Virus record (IMG/VR): IMGVR_UViG_3300042302_000394
Location: 62,001 to 126,000 of that record
Reading direction: 5' to 3' (one strand)
Length of the DNA: 64,000 bases
The notes under the pieces: model-generated
Seen by the model: the letters and a program-made list of their open reading frames with translations, nothing else
Told to the model about the DNA's origin: nothing
Databases searched by the model: none
Made by a program: the position numbers and the translations under genes
In this document: positions 10,753 to 21,300 of the stretch, piece by piece
Position numbering within the stretch: position 1 is the first letter of the stretch
How the letters are laid out: every line of letters begins with the position of its first letter

Positions 10753-11657
10753 TCTTTTGTTTTGATCTTATTTTCTAAAATAAATTTTCTAATATTGTCA
10801 TTATAATTCAACGATTCTTTAATCTTAGATTTATCAGTATCTGATTTGAAAAATAATCCTATATCAGTAAGCCCTTGCTTATATTCTGCTGATTGAAATA
10901 TTGTTTTTAGATCAGCTGTAATTTTACCTTTAGTATATTCATCCATAGTCTTAGGAACAATTACTGAAAGATAGCTTTGGAATGGGAACACTTCTTTATA
11001 AAAACTTTCCCATGTTGATGTTTTTAATCCAACAGCATGACTAGTTAATAATAATTTTAAATTTTCGTGATTGGTGTAGGCTTTAACTGTCGGGTAGTTG
11101 CCAAACATACAATCAACATGCCCGCCAACTAAATCTAATACAGACTTATTTCCCCCTTGAGCATAGGGAACGACGATATGATTGTTTTTAGTTTTTGATA
11201 GTAATACTTCAGTGGCGATATGTTCGGAAGACCCATAACCTCCAACAGCAAAGGACAATGATTTTTTAGTATTGATAAAGTCTTGATAGGATGTTATTCC
11301 TGTTTTAGCATTACAGAGTAATGCAGAGGGCATAATTCCTATAGTGGCCAGCACTTCTAAATCAATTTTGTGATCGTAATTTAAGTCGTTAAAATTGATA
11401 GGGTTGGTAACAAAAACTTGAACTACAGTAGCCAGTAGCATAGTTTTTTCATTCATTAAATGACCCATAGCAATTTTGCCAGATGCTCCTGGCCGATTGA
11501 CTACTACATATTTTTTATCTAAGTTTTTAGCGATATACCGTGTTGTGATATCGCTCACACCACCGGGAGCGTGCATAACTGTAAACTCTAATGATTGAGC
11601 TACTGCAACTTTTGAAAAAAATAAAATTAATAAAAGAAAAAATTTGTTGATTAGCAT
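10749..11657 (-). CDS. Bug/TctC-family periplasmic binding protein
   Basis: Signal peptide, PGGVSD, VVNRPGASG, VPY..G, DLVGGHVD. Confidence 0.85.
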   Translation of the reverse strand: MLINKFFLLLILFFSKVAVAQSLEFTVMHAPGGVSDITTRYIAKNLDKKYVVVNRPGASGKIAMGHLMNEKTMLLATVVQVFVTNPINFNDLNYDHKIDLEVLATIGIMPSALLCNAKTGITSYQDFINTKKSLSFAVGGYGSSEHIATEVLLSKTKNNHIVVPYAQGGNKSVLDLVGGHVDCMFGNYPTVKAYTNHENLKLLLTSHAVGLKTSTWESFYKEVFPFQSYLSVIVPKTMDEYTKGKITADLKTIFQSAEYKQGLTDIGLFFKSDTDKSKIKESLNYNDNIRKFILENKIKTKD

Positions 11658-11675
11658 GATATATAAATATTCTTT

Positions 11676-12242
11676 ATGTACTTCTCATACTTATCTCTTC
11701 CAAGATTACCTAAAGAATTTTTTGCTCAATGTTTGGAAAATGTAAAATACATTGGTGTAGATCCTAGACTAGAAAATGTTAATAGTTATCGAGGGCCAAT
11801 GAATCGAGCTACGTATCTGCCCGAAGAATGTAATACATGGATTATTAGAAATATTGTATTTCCGTTATATGGAAGTATTCCTTCAACTCTAAAATTAAAT
11901 TTATTAAATGTAACTACATACCAAAAGTTAAAACCTCAAGAAGAGACATGGGGTACACACCCTAAACATATCGACAAAGGCAGAAACTGGGCATTAAATT
12001 ATTATTTTACCACTGGTGGAAGTAATACTACCGTTAGGTGGTACGAAGATAATGTTGTGGCAGCAGAAACACCACCTATAGAAATTAATAGATGGTGTTT
12101 ATTAAAAGTTAATCAACTACACGATGTTAGAGGAATTGAAGAAGGTCAAATTCGATATTTTTTAACATTGAATATTTCTTCTGAAAATATAGATAATTTT
12201 AAATCAGTAATTGATCAAAATACAGTGATTGAAAAAAAATGA
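11676..12242 (+). CDS. Short 2OG-Fe(II) oxygenase/cupin-like protein
   Basis: KHID...WALNY...LHDV...RY. Confidence 0.6.
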   Translation: MYFSYLSLPRLPKEFFAQCLENVKYIGVDPRLENVNSYRGPMNRATYLPEECNTWIIRNIVFPLYGSIPSTLKLNLLNVTTYQKLKPQEETWGTHPKHIDKGRNWALNYYFTTGGSNTTVRWYEDNVVAAETPPIEINRWCLLKVNQLHDVRGIEEGQIRYFLTLNISSENIDNFKSVIDQNTVIEKK

Positions 12243-13771
12243 CAGTAGATTGTTTGTTACTATATGGTAATCATTTATTACCTATGTCTAAATATGCGGG
12301 AACATTTCGAATTGCTAGCGAGTTAAGAAATGCAGGCTATACTGTTCAGTGTATTGATATGACAGCGTATGAAGACAACCGTGAAGAACTCATCGATACA
12401 ATAAAGATGTTTATAGGTAATAATACATTATGGGTGGGAATTAGTACAACCTTTTTGCGTCATGTATTTGGATATCCCTATTTTCGTACGATAGATTCAT
12501 TTAATGTAAAATCTACAACTATCCCAAATATTGATAAAGAAATTTTAAATTTTATTAAAACCGTTAAGGATATTAATCCAAACGTAAAATTTATTGCCGG
12601 TGGCTCGAAAAGATTTATGATCGAGAAATACGGTTTTAAAGTTTTTACAAAAAATAATGATACTGAAATTATTGAGTTTACAGATTATTGTGCAAAAAAA
12701 TCTAAAAAAATACCAGTAAGTTTTTTAGAATCACTGATTGAAGGTTCAGAATTTCAACAGTTTACAACAAGCCAAAATATCTTTACTAAGAACGATATTG
12801 TCGAATCGTCAGATACCCTTCCTATTGAAGTTAGTAGAGGTTGTATTTTTAAATGTAAATTTTGTTCATTTCCACTTAATGGTAAAAAGAAAGGCGAATG
12901 GGTTAAACGTTCTAATGTATTGTATGAAGAGTTTATAAAGAATTATGAGTTGCATGGAGTAACAGAATACAGTTTTTCCGATGACACATACAATGATAGT
13001 GAAGAAAAAGTTAAAAGATTGTATGACGAAGTGTATAGTAGGCTACCATTTAAATTAAACTTTACTACATATTTGAGACTTGATTTAATGATAAAATTTC
13101 CCGACACAGTGAAATACTTACAAGAGTCAGGTTTAAAATCAGCAGTCTTTGGTATAGAAACAATAAATCATAATTCAGGTAAGGCTATTGGCAAAGGTTT
13201 AAATCCCATTGAACAATTTCAGTTTATTGAAGAAATTAAAAAAAATGAATTTAAAGAGATACTAACTCGTTCTGGATTTATATTAGGGTTGCCAAAAGAC
13301 AGACACGACGAGATTAATATCCTAGAAGAATTCTTATTTTCAGAAAAGAATAAATTAGATGACTTTAGTGTAGAACCTTTGATTATATTTCCTCCAAAAT
13401 TTGATCAAACAAAATTTAAAGATTTTTCTGAATTTGATATAGAATATGAAAAATATGGATATAAGATTTATGAAAACATCGAAACATCTTCTATTACTGA
13501 AATTAGATGGACCAACGATTATATCGGAATGACTTTTGATCAAGTAGCTAAAGCTGCAAAAAAAATAAATGTAAGAAAATATTTCGATGGTAGATTCAAG
13601 TGCGGTGGATTTGGTTACAATTGGCATAGGTCTCTCGGAATTCCAGCAGATGATCTAGTGGCACTGAGTCGGAATGAAATATATACAAAGTATAACGTCA
13701 AACAACTGCTAAAAACAAAAAAAGATAATTATCGATCATTAATACTTAATGTAATGAAAAATAATGAATAA
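12239..13771 (+). CDS. Radical SAM protein with B12-binding-like N-terminus
   Basis: EVSRGCIFKCKFC, DDTYN, FGIET, GFILGLP. Confidence 0.85.
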   Translation: MTVDCLLLYGNHLLPMSKYAGTFRIASELRNAGYTVQCIDMTAYEDNREELIDTIKMFIGNNTLWVGISTTFLRHVFGYPYFRTIDSFNVKSTTIPNIDKEILNFIKTVKDINPNVKFIAGGSKRFMIEKYGFKVFTKNNDTEIIEFTDYCAKKSKKIPVSFLESLIEGSEFQQFTTSQNIFTKNDIVESSDTLPIEVSRGCIFKCKFCSFPLNGKKKGEWVKRSNVLYEEFIKNYELHGVTEYSFSDDTYNDSEEKVKRLYDEVYSRLPFKLNFTTYLRLDLMIKFPDTVKYLQESGLKSAVFGIETINHNSGKAIGKGLNPIEQFQFIEEIKKNEFKEILTRSGFILGLPKDRHDEINILEEFLFSEKNKLDDFSVEPLIIFPPKFDQTKFKDFSEFDIEYEKYGYKIYENIETSSITEIRWTNDYIGMTFDQVAKAAKKINVRKYFDGRFKCGGFGYNWHRSLGIPADDLVALSRNEIYTKYNVKQLLKTKKDNYRSLILNVMKNNE

Positions 13772-13820
13772 TTATCTAGGTAGAGTTAAATTAACATTTT
13801 TACAAAATTAGAACTAACAA

Positions 13821-14741
13821 ATGGAAAGACATAATCAATGGATGAGCTACAGTTTTGATGCTATAGAATATGGCAAAAAAACTGATTCAAATTCTATTTT
13901 TAAAATTCATTTTAATAAAAAAATAGATAAAAATCTCCCTTCTTATAGAGATGCATTATTTAATAATGCCCGTATTATGCGAGACTCGTATAATGAACCA
14001 TTTGATGTAATGTTGTCAGGCGGAGTTGATAGCGAAATGGTTGTGCGAACATTTCATGCTGTGGGAATTAAACACAATACATTTATTTTTAGATTAGAAA
14101 ATGATTATAACATTCGAGATGTTAATTATGCCATAGCTGTTTGTAAAGAACTAAACATTAATTATAAAATAATAGATTTTAATTTACAAAAATTCTTCGA
14201 AAATGATGCACTTGATTTATTTCAAAAGACACTAATTCCAAGATCAGGAAGAATAGTGAGACTTGCGTGGTTTAACTATCTTGATAATATTCCAGTTTTT
14301 TGTGACGGTGAACCCTACTGGCGCAGGGATGCAAATAAAGATTTTAGTAAAAAATCTACGTGGAGATTAATTTTAAACGAAGACGGATACTCGTGTTCTA
14401 CCTATGCTAAATCAATTGGTAGAGTAGCGATTGGGGATTGGTATGAATATACCCCCGAATTGTTATTGTCATACAACGAATTGCCGTTAGTTAAAAAATT
14501 ACTCAACGACGAAATCTCAGGGAAGATTAGTTCCTGGAGTAGCAGGTCTGCTATTCACAGAGATATCTGGCCTACTGTACAGGATAAAATAAAATTAGCA
14601 GGATACGAAGGTGCAGACGGCAATCCTGTATTGAGTCGTCCGGATTTTATGAATCACTTTCAGGTAACGTATATGAATCAAGTGTCCAATACTCATTACG
14701 AATATACTGAAGAAGAACTAAGAAATTTAATCCTTAATTAG
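13821..14741 (+). CDS. PP-loop (asparagine synthetase-like) protein
   Basis: LSGGVDSE; paralog of 18361-19290. Confidence 0.65.
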   Translation: MERHNQWMSYSFDAIEYGKKTDSNSIFKIHFNKKIDKNLPSYRDALFNNARIMRDSYNEPFDVMLSGGVDSEMVVRTFHAVGIKHNTFIFRLENDYNIRDVNYAIAVCKELNINYKIIDFNLQKFFENDALDLFQKTLIPRSGRIVRLAWFNYLDNIPVFCDGEPYWRRDANKDFSKKSTWRLILNEDGYSCSTYAKSIGRVAIGDWYEYTPELLLSYNELPLVKKLLNDEISGKISSWSSRSAIHRDIWPTVQDKIKLAGYEGADGNPVLSRPDFMNHFQVTYMNQVSNTHYEYTEEELRNLILN

Positions 14742-15566
14742 ATTTTCTCGGACCCAACGTCCCCAATGTATACAATGATACTCGTATTTTGATAGTGATT
14801 CGGTAACAGGAAAGAATTTTGTTTTTATCTTTTCGATCGCAGCAACATCTTCCCTAAACACAGTTTCTAATGTTTCAAATTCGATACGATCATTATGTGG
14901 AACATCAGGGGCATAATAGAATTGTGTAATCCATTCGAATTTCCATTCTATATTTTTATCTGCAGGAACAATAGTGTTTACTGACAGGCATCCTTTCTTA
15001 TGCTCGACAAAGGTGTAGGGGTATATATAGAGTGACCACCAACCTGGAGAATGTTCTTGGAATATCCATCCATCTCCTTGATCCATAACAACATTATCTA
15101 AATCAATTTGTTCAGAGAGTCTCGGATGAATTCCATCCTTTTGTACATGTAAATAATCTGCTTCAGCATCCATGAGCCATAACCAGCTTCCCTCGCTTTT
15201 ACCTTGAAGAGAATGACTATATTCTAGCGTTGTTTCTTTTTCCAGATCATCGACCCATTGATGGTCTGGTTCGATAAAATCTTTAAATACTAACCCTGAT
15301 CGACCAACAGTTGCAGTCCCACAATTTAATTTTTTAGAATTATTAATTGGTGTGCCATTTGCATCCCATTGAAATCCGTGGAACTTACATGTAATGCTGT
15401 TGATATGTGTTCCTGGATCAGCTAGTGGATACATTCTGTGGGGACAAAATCTGTGAAATAAATTTACTATATTACCTTGTTTATTTAGAATATATTCAGA
15501 AACTGCAAAGTTCTTGTCCTGCAATGCACTGAGATGAGCAAAAATTTTAGGAGATTTAATAAACAT
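14727..15566 (-). CDS. Rieske [2Fe-2S] oxygenase-like protein
   Basis: CPHR...CKFHG Rieske ligands; DYLHV...IH mononuclear iron site. Confidence 0.8.
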   Translation of the reverse strand: MFIKSPKIFAHLSALQDKNFAVSEYILNKQGNIVNLFHRFCPHRMYPLADPGTHINSITCKFHGFQWDANGTPINNSKKLNCGTATVGRSGLVFKDFIEPDHQWVDDLEKETTLEYSHSLQGKSEGSWLWLMDAEADYLHVQKDGIHPRLSEQIDLDNVVMDQGDGWIFQEHSPGWWSLYIYPYTFVEHKKGCLSVNTIVPADKNIEWKFEWITQFYYAPDVPHNDRIEFETLETVFREDVAAIEKIKTKFFPVTESLSKYEYHCIHWGRWVRENLIKD

Positions 15567-15598
15567 TGTAAGAGTAATGTGCGTATATAAATAGTTGT

Positions 15599-16186
15599 AT
15601 GTATGCTATTTACTTAAACGACATAGAAAGATTTATTGCGATTGAAAAAGATCTTTGGATTGCACATGCATCGGCAAAATTGCTATCTTCAAAATTATCT
15701 ATCTCTATATGTGATATCGGAAATGCATTGTCTGTAACTAACTATAACTGTTTTCAATGGACATTGTCAAGTGTAGACTTGCCCGCCTCTACACAATATC
15801 CAAAATTAGTTGTACCAAAAGATTCTAAATTAGAATTTGTCGGTGATCCTATTAATACAGATATGGAAATGTTAAAATTGCATCAGCAATTTTGTTTGTT
15901 AGTATTAAAGGTTGTTTTTGCGGCAAAAATGACCGACATTGAATTAAATTCAGGAGATCGAAAATATTTTCAATCTTTACTTAAAAACGACACTTTACTA
16001 TCTGCGTCGGACGAGTCCGGAATTCCTGGAGGGTTTTTACATACAATAGAAAGAATTCTTTATTTGAGTTCAAATGTAACGCACGTTATGTCTCATATTG
16101 AATTAATGTTTAATAATTCAGAGAGTATATTTCCTAGAAATCTTGCACAATATAAATTACTATTTTACAAATACTTAAATGCATAA
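15599..16186 (+). CDS. Hypothetical protein
   Basis: 195 aa ORF after TATAAATA, overlapping the next gene. Confidence 0.6.
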   Translation: MYAIYLNDIERFIAIEKDLWIAHASAKLLSSKLSISICDIGNALSVTNYNCFQWTLSSVDLPASTQYPKLVVPKDSKLEFVGDPINTDMEMLKLHQQFCLLVLKVVFAAKMTDIELNSGDRKYFQSLLKNDTLLSASDESGIPGGFLHTIERILYLSSNVTHVMSHIELMFNNSESIFPRNLAQYKLLFYKYLNA

Positions 16187-17471
16187 ATTTTATTACAAAA
16201 CCTTTGATCCAAACCTTAGAAGTTTTTCTAAATTGCTCAGTAACAATGTAACTGATTTACCACCAGGCGGCAGATTCTATTTTAATCTTGCAAGATCAAT
16301 GCGTATGAGCGGTGAGAATTACCTATTTAGAGATGGGGAGTGGAGTGATCCTTTTAAAACTGTGGTCCACCCTACCTTTGCTATGCCATCATATACGTCA
16401 AATTTTAATTTAAATTTTTCAGAAGTATCGGACTTAAGGTCTCTCGATATTAAAAAAATCATCAACGATACTGATCGGTCGATAGTAATTCAATGGTCTG
16501 GAGGAATTGACAGTACTGTAGCACTTGTATCTTTATTAAAAAATCTGTCACATTCTGAATTGTCAAATGTAATTATTGCAATGAGTAGCGACAGCCTTTT
16601 AGAAAATCCTAATTTTTATAATAAGTTTATTAAAGATAAATTCAAAATTATTGATTCTGAAAATATGTTGTTTAACGATTATAAAGAAAAATACAATGCA
16701 TATTGCATCATGGGAGACACAGGCGATTGTCTATTTGGTTCAGAATTAGGAAATAAATTATACCCTAAGATGAAATTTATACAAGATAACACTGGTCATC
16801 TTTATAACAAAATTAGTTCACCTGATGTACATTATTCAATCTATAGGGATATCATTGTACAGTATTTTAATGATAATCTTCAAACTTCAATACTTTCTTT
16901 AAAACAACAAGGTGTAGTTAACAGTAGTATTAGCGAATTTATTTCAGGGGACGAAACGTTTGGAGAACTATTCTACGAAAAAATTGTTAAGAATATAGAA
17001 ACATGCAGTGTTCCTATATACAGTCTACATGACTTTTTCTGGTGGACAATCTTTAGTGGAAGATATATATTCTGTGCCCTAAGAGGACCTAGTGTGTTTA
17101 GCATCGGCGCCAATAAAGAGGCATTAATTAATGATTGTCTTATTCAATGGTTTAATACCGACGAATATCAACTATGGTCTATGAATAATAATAACAATGG
17201 GGAAAAGTTATCTGGGCCTATACAAGGCCTTGGAAAAACTGCTGCAAAAAAATACATTTACGATTTTGATAAAAACGAATGGTATTTTACGCATAAGATG
17301 AAAGTCGTGTCGTCACCAAATATTCTTAGAAGAAACTGGCGTAAACATTTTGCAGATTTTGATCCTATGCTAGGTGTTGATACAAATTACAATTTGATTA
17401 AAATAGGACCAGCGACAGTTAACAATTATGTCATTAATAGACTAATGAACTACAAAATAGATTGGTGTTAA
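16179..17471 (+). CDS. PP-loop (asparagine synthetase-like) protein
   Basis: WSGGIDST and GDTGDCLFGS motifs. Confidence 0.65.
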   Translation: MHKFYYKTFDPNLRSFSKLLSNNVTDLPPGGRFYFNLARSMRMSGENYLFRDGEWSDPFKTVVHPTFAMPSYTSNFNLNFSEVSDLRSLDIKKIINDTDRSIVIQWSGGIDSTVALVSLLKNLSHSELSNVIIAMSSDSLLENPNFYNKFIKDKFKIIDSENMLFNDYKEKYNAYCIMGDTGDCLFGSELGNKLYPKMKFIQDNTGHLYNKISSPDVHYSIYRDIIVQYFNDNLQTSILSLKQQGVVNSSISEFISGDETFGELFYEKIVKNIETCSVPIYSLHDFFWWTIFSGRYIFCALRGPSVFSIGANKEALINDCLIQWFNTDEYQLWSMNNNNNGEKLSGPIQGLGKTAAKKYIYDFDKNEWYFTHKMKVVSSPNILRRNWRKHFADFDPMLGVDTNYNLIKIGPATVNNYVINRLMNYKIDWC

Positions 17472-18364
17472 TTTTGAGTTATTTCTTTCTTATATCGTTC
17501 TCTGAAAGACTTTAATAAAGAAATACTTGAATGGTAATGCAATTTTGAATCTTGATTATAAAAGACAGGACTTATAAAGTCTCCTAATCCAAACAACTTA
17601 TTCTTGCCTAAATTCATTGTAGCTTGATGAAATATAGCGGATATATTTTCTTTAGTTTCTTTGGGCATTTCTTTTGATGCCATAGTGAAATGAAAGATAT
17701 ATGGAGCTGTAATTTTTTGCTCAGTTAACGTTTTAATATTTGGGAGATCTGGGTGTCGTTCTGTGCAACTCATTCCGATTATTTGTAAGTTAGGATTCTT
17801 TGCCTTGTACTGATTAAATGCAGATACACGCTCAACAATAAAGTTAATACTATTATTGTCAGAAGCCATGTGGAGCAGTGCATCTGCATTGCTTCGATAC
17901 ACAATATAGCGAACAGGTATATTATATTTTTTTCCTAGTTCTAGACCTAGTAGATGAGTAGCACCACCTATAGCAGGGCCGCCTATGGTAAGTTCTTTAG
18001 GAAGCTCATTTTCTTTAAAGTTAGTAATAATTGCCCAGCAGGCACTTCCGTGACTAAACACTGGTTCTAATTTATTTAGGTCAATTAGTCCTCTACTTTC
18101 AGCTTCGACTACACTATTGGTAATAGTCACAACACGATTTTTTGGTTGTTCTAATGCCTCTCGAACACCTATACTTTCAAAGCCACCAGCTTTAAATTCT
18201 GTAACAAATTTATATTTGTTTTGTATTTTATTTGCTTCATCTAACACAGCGAATATTTGAGGAGTCATACTTTGCGTAGGTCCTTGAGCATTTATTACTA
18301 CAATAGTTTCTTGTGCCTGTGCTAGATTTAAAAATAACAATAAACTTACAATTATAAACTTCAT
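17468..18364 (-). CDS. Divergent Bug/TctC-family periplasmic binding protein
   Basis: Signal peptide, GGATHL, IVY, RHPDLPNIKTLTEQ. Confidence 0.65.
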   Translation of the reverse strand: MKFIIVSLLLFLNLAQAQETIVVINAQGPTQSMTPQIFAVLDEANKIQNKYKFVTEFKAGGFESIGVREALEQPKNRVVTITNSVVEAESRGLIDLNKLEPVFSHGSACWAIITNFKENELPKELTIGGPAIGGATHLLGLELGKKYNIPVRYIVYRSNADALLHMASDNNSINFIVERVSAFNQYKAKNPNLQIIGMSCTERHPDLPNIKTLTEQKITAPYIFHFTMASKEMPKETKENISAIFHQATMNLGKNKLFGLGDFISPVFYNQDSKLHYHSSISLLKSFRERYKKEITQN

Positions 18365-19290
18365 GGGATTCCTTTAAATTTTTTGTTTACTTCTTCAAGT
18401 GAATACGTAAAACTAAGATTGGTTAAGTCTGACATTTGATTTTCCATATAAAAATCTTTAAAAAATTTAGGAAGACTTTCTAAAGGTGTTCCAGTCGGAC
18501 CTTCGTAACCAATTAATTTTGATTTATTTTTTATGTCTGGCCATATCTGTTGATGTAAAGATATTCTACTAGAGAGGGTGCTTTTTTTGCCTACATTTTT
18601 ATCATCTAGCAAATCTTTTATAAGATCATTTTGATGGTAACTCATTGTAATGTAGGGAGTGTATAGGTACCATTCTCCTATAATCTCTCTATTATGATGG
18701 TGTGATGTTAACGACATAAAAAGCTGGCGCTCAGTAAGATACAGAGACCAATTAGATTTTTTTGTATAATCACTGAGCAAGTCTCGTTTCCAATAAGGAG
18801 ATCCTTCACCAAAAACAGGTATGTTATCTAAATAATCTAACCATTTAATTTTTGATAAGGACGGACTATGCGGCACTAACGTTTTTTCAAATATGTCTTT
18901 AGCATCGTGTTCATAAAATTTAGATAAGTTAAAATCAATAATTTTATAAGGTATATTTAATGTTTCACATATCTGTATTGAAGAATTAATATCTCGAATA
19001 TTTAAATTATCTTCGTACCTAAAAATAAATGTATTATGTGTTATACCTAAATCTTTAAAAGTGCGAACTATCACTTCGCTATCTATGCCACCGGATAATA
19101 AAACATCAAACGGCTCTGAAAAAGAATCTCGCATAATACTTGCATTTTGTATCAATGCATCATGATACGACATTGGCATAATGTCGTTAGAGATATTAAA
19201 ATGAATGTCCAGGAAAGATCTTCTAGAAGATTTAGGAGAATTTAAAATTCCGTCAAAAGAATACGTCATCCAATCTCTAAATCTTCTCAT
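18361..19290 (-). CDS. PP-loop (asparagine synthetase-like) protein
   Basis: LSGGIDSE; paralog of 13821-14741. Confidence 0.65.
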   Translation of the reverse strand: MRRFRDWMTYSFDGILNSPKSSRRSFLDIHFNISNDIMPMSYHDALIQNASIMRDSFSEPFDVLLSGGIDSEVIVRTFKDLGITHNTFIFRYEDNLNIRDINSSIQICETLNIPYKIIDFNLSKFYEHDAKDIFEKTLVPHSPSLSKIKWLDYLDNIPVFGEGSPYWKRDLLSDYTKKSNWSLYLTERQLFMSLTSHHHNREIIGEWYLYTPYITMSYHQNDLIKDLLDDKNVGKKSTLSSRISLHQQIWPDIKNKSKLIGYEGPTGTPLESLPKFFKDFYMENQMSDLTNLSFTYSLEEVNKKFKGIP

Positions 19291-19296
19291 AGAAAA

Positions 19297-19608
19297 TTAA
19301 AGTTCTTCTTTTTCTACCGGGTCAGAATAAATGCCTACAGAAGTGTTATATGCATCGAGAGCGGCAGTTCTTTCAATCGTTACACTACGACTTGCATAGT
19401 CCTCGTAGAGTTCTTTACTTTCCCATATGAATTCTACTTCTAATGTCAGCTCGTCCGGTTCGGATAACGTTCTGATTTTTCTCCCATGAAACTCTCCGAA
19501 CATCATTTCTAACATTCGGGTATTTAAATCTTCATCTAAGTTTAGATTAAAATACCATTCTATCGTTTCATTCGGTCTATGAAATCTGCTTAAAACTCTA
19601 TATGCCAT
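19297..19608 (-). CDS. Hypothetical acidic protein
   Basis: ORF from MAYRVL with GGAG RBS. Confidence 0.55.
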   Translation of the reverse strand: MAYRVLSRFHRPNETIEWYFNLNLDEDLNTRMLEMMFGEFHGRKIRTLSEPDELTLEVEFIWESKELYEDYASRSVTIERTAALDAYNTSVGIYSDPVEKEEL

Positions 19609-19691
19609 GCTAATTCTCCAGTGATACAATTATTTATTGTTTTAGATAAGAGATCTTATATTTTGATGTGCTAGCAATATACTTTTAGAAT

Positions 19692-20381
19692 TTACCATAT
19701 TATAGCATAGTCTTTAAATTTGGTAGCCGACATAACTATCATATCTCTAGTTCTCTGTCGAACTATAGTTTGATAATTTTTTTTAACTGTTATAAATGCT
19801 GCAATTCTAATACCTGAAACATTTATTGATGGTGCATGTACTGCTCTAAAATTGTTTAGATAATATGCCATGTGCGGATCGGTCATCTTACAATTAAAAA
19901 TTTCTTCTTGCAATCTTCTATCCCCGCCGGTTAACGGTACAGTAATACCTTCCTGTCTGTAGTAGGGCAGTTTTGTTTTTCGTAATAATAATGGATTATC
20001 ATTGTAGTGTTCACACTCGAGGTAGAATCTAAAACCGGTTGGATCAACATCATTGTGCCAAAATGAAACACCTTTGACGGATTTTCTTACTGGCAAGAAT
20101 ATTGCACCACTAAGTTCATGTCGGCGTATTTTAAAAGCTTCATAGCAATATACTGCTAGTTCGGGAAATTCTTTATCAAAATTATTTTGCCAGACGCCGT
20201 CCCAAGCACCCCAAACTAAATCCCAAGGGTATTCTTCTCCAATAATATCTTCAGCATTATCTGATTTAGACTTACAGGATTGCGGGTAGGCACTTTGCGC
20301 CCAAGATAAAAATTTTGTAATGTCTACATCCGGTCTCTTTGGGATGTCTAAGGGAGTATAACAAATATCAATAGGTTCCAT
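19692..20381 (-). CDS. 2OG-Fe(II) oxygenase-like protein
   Basis: WHND...VHAP...RI; start moved to MEPIDI. Confidence 0.5.
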   Translation of the reverse strand: MEPIDICYTPLDIPKRPDVDITKFLSWAQSAYPQSCKSKSDNAEDIIGEEYPWDLVWGAWDGVWQNNFDKEFPELAVYCYEAFKIRRHELSGAIFLPVRKSVKGVSFWHNDVDPTGFRFYLECEHYNDNPLLLRKTKLPYYRQEGITVPLTGGDRRLQEEIFNCKMTDPHMAYYLNNFRAVHAPSINVSGIRIAAFITVKKNYQTIVRQRTRDMIVMSATKFKDYAIIW

Positions 20382-20510
20382 ACTTATTTTTTTTAATCTT
20401 GTTTGCTTATAACGGATATGCACAATATTTAAAAGAGCATTCATTGCTAAGTTATTTATTTTTAAAAATAACAATATGTCCGCATTGAATGGCTATACAA
20501 TTAGATTGCC

Positions 20511-20768
20511 CTAAGCAGAGGAGCTCATCCTCAAAAGATACATCGTAACTTCGGCACCCTCAACTTTAACTAGATCGCTAGGATATTTGTTAGAACCAGT
20601 ATACCATCTACTGGCACTCCTTCCTGCTTCCATAACTTTAACCATCTTGGGATTTAGTTTTTTAACAGTTCCTAGATCTAGGCTGTTTTGGCAAGGGTAG
20701 CAAACAGCATCACCTACTGCTAGCACTCGTCCTAGTTTATCTCTATGTTCAGGAATTGCTTTTGCCAT
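20511..20768 (-). CDS. Small hypothetical (SH3-like) phage protein
   Basis: DKLGRVLAVGDAV motif. Confidence 0.55.
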   Translation of the reverse strand: MAKAIPEHRDKLGRVLAVGDAVCYPCQNSLDLGTVKKLNPKMVKVMEAGRSASRWYTGSNKYPSDLVKVEGAEVTMYLLRMSSSA

Positions 20769-20769
20769 G

Positions 20770-20997
20770 TTAGACTCTTTCTCTTTTCATACCGCCAATT
20801 CGACTGGCCTTGTTCCAGTCATAGGCAACACCATCCGGACACATTCCGTCCTTGATGCTATCCACTCCGAAGATACCTACAATTTCAAAATCTGGTCCTG
20901 TGATAGTTACAAACTCATTCATTGACTTGGCAACGTTCATAGCCTCAGCTAGTGTAAGCACCTTGAATATTTCTTCTTTACCTTTTACTTTAAACAT
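20770..20997 (-). CDS. Hypothetical protein
   Basis: ORF from MFKVKG downstream of TTGACT-N17-TACAAT. Confidence 0.55.
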   Translation of the reverse strand: MFKVKGKEEIFKVLTLAEAMNVAKSMNEFVTITGPDFEIVGIFGVDSIKDGMCPDGVAYDWNKASRIGGMKRERV

Positions 20998-21068
20998 ACA
21001 TCTATTGTACTTTCTTTTCGACATTTAGTCAAGAGAACGCCCCACACAAAGTGTGAGGCGTTTATTAT

Positions 21069-21143
<75 letters not shown>

Positions 21144-21284
21144 TTATCTTGTGAATTTTCTTACTAGTTTTAGCCAGTAGTATTTAACTCCGCGGAATGA
21201 TGGAGGCCAATCCATTCCGAAACTAGGAGTTATTTCTTTTGGGACATTACCGTATGCTTTGTCAAGCGTTTCTTTTACTTTCAT
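21144..21284 (-). CDS. Small hypothetical protein (46 aa, MKVKETLDKAYG)
   Basis: AAGGAG RBS, open frame between RNA genes. Confidence 0.55.
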   Translation of the reverse strand: MKVKETLDKAYGNVPKEITPSFGMDWPPSFRGVKYYWLKLVRKFTR

Positions 21285-21300
21285 GTCTACTCCTTTAGTT

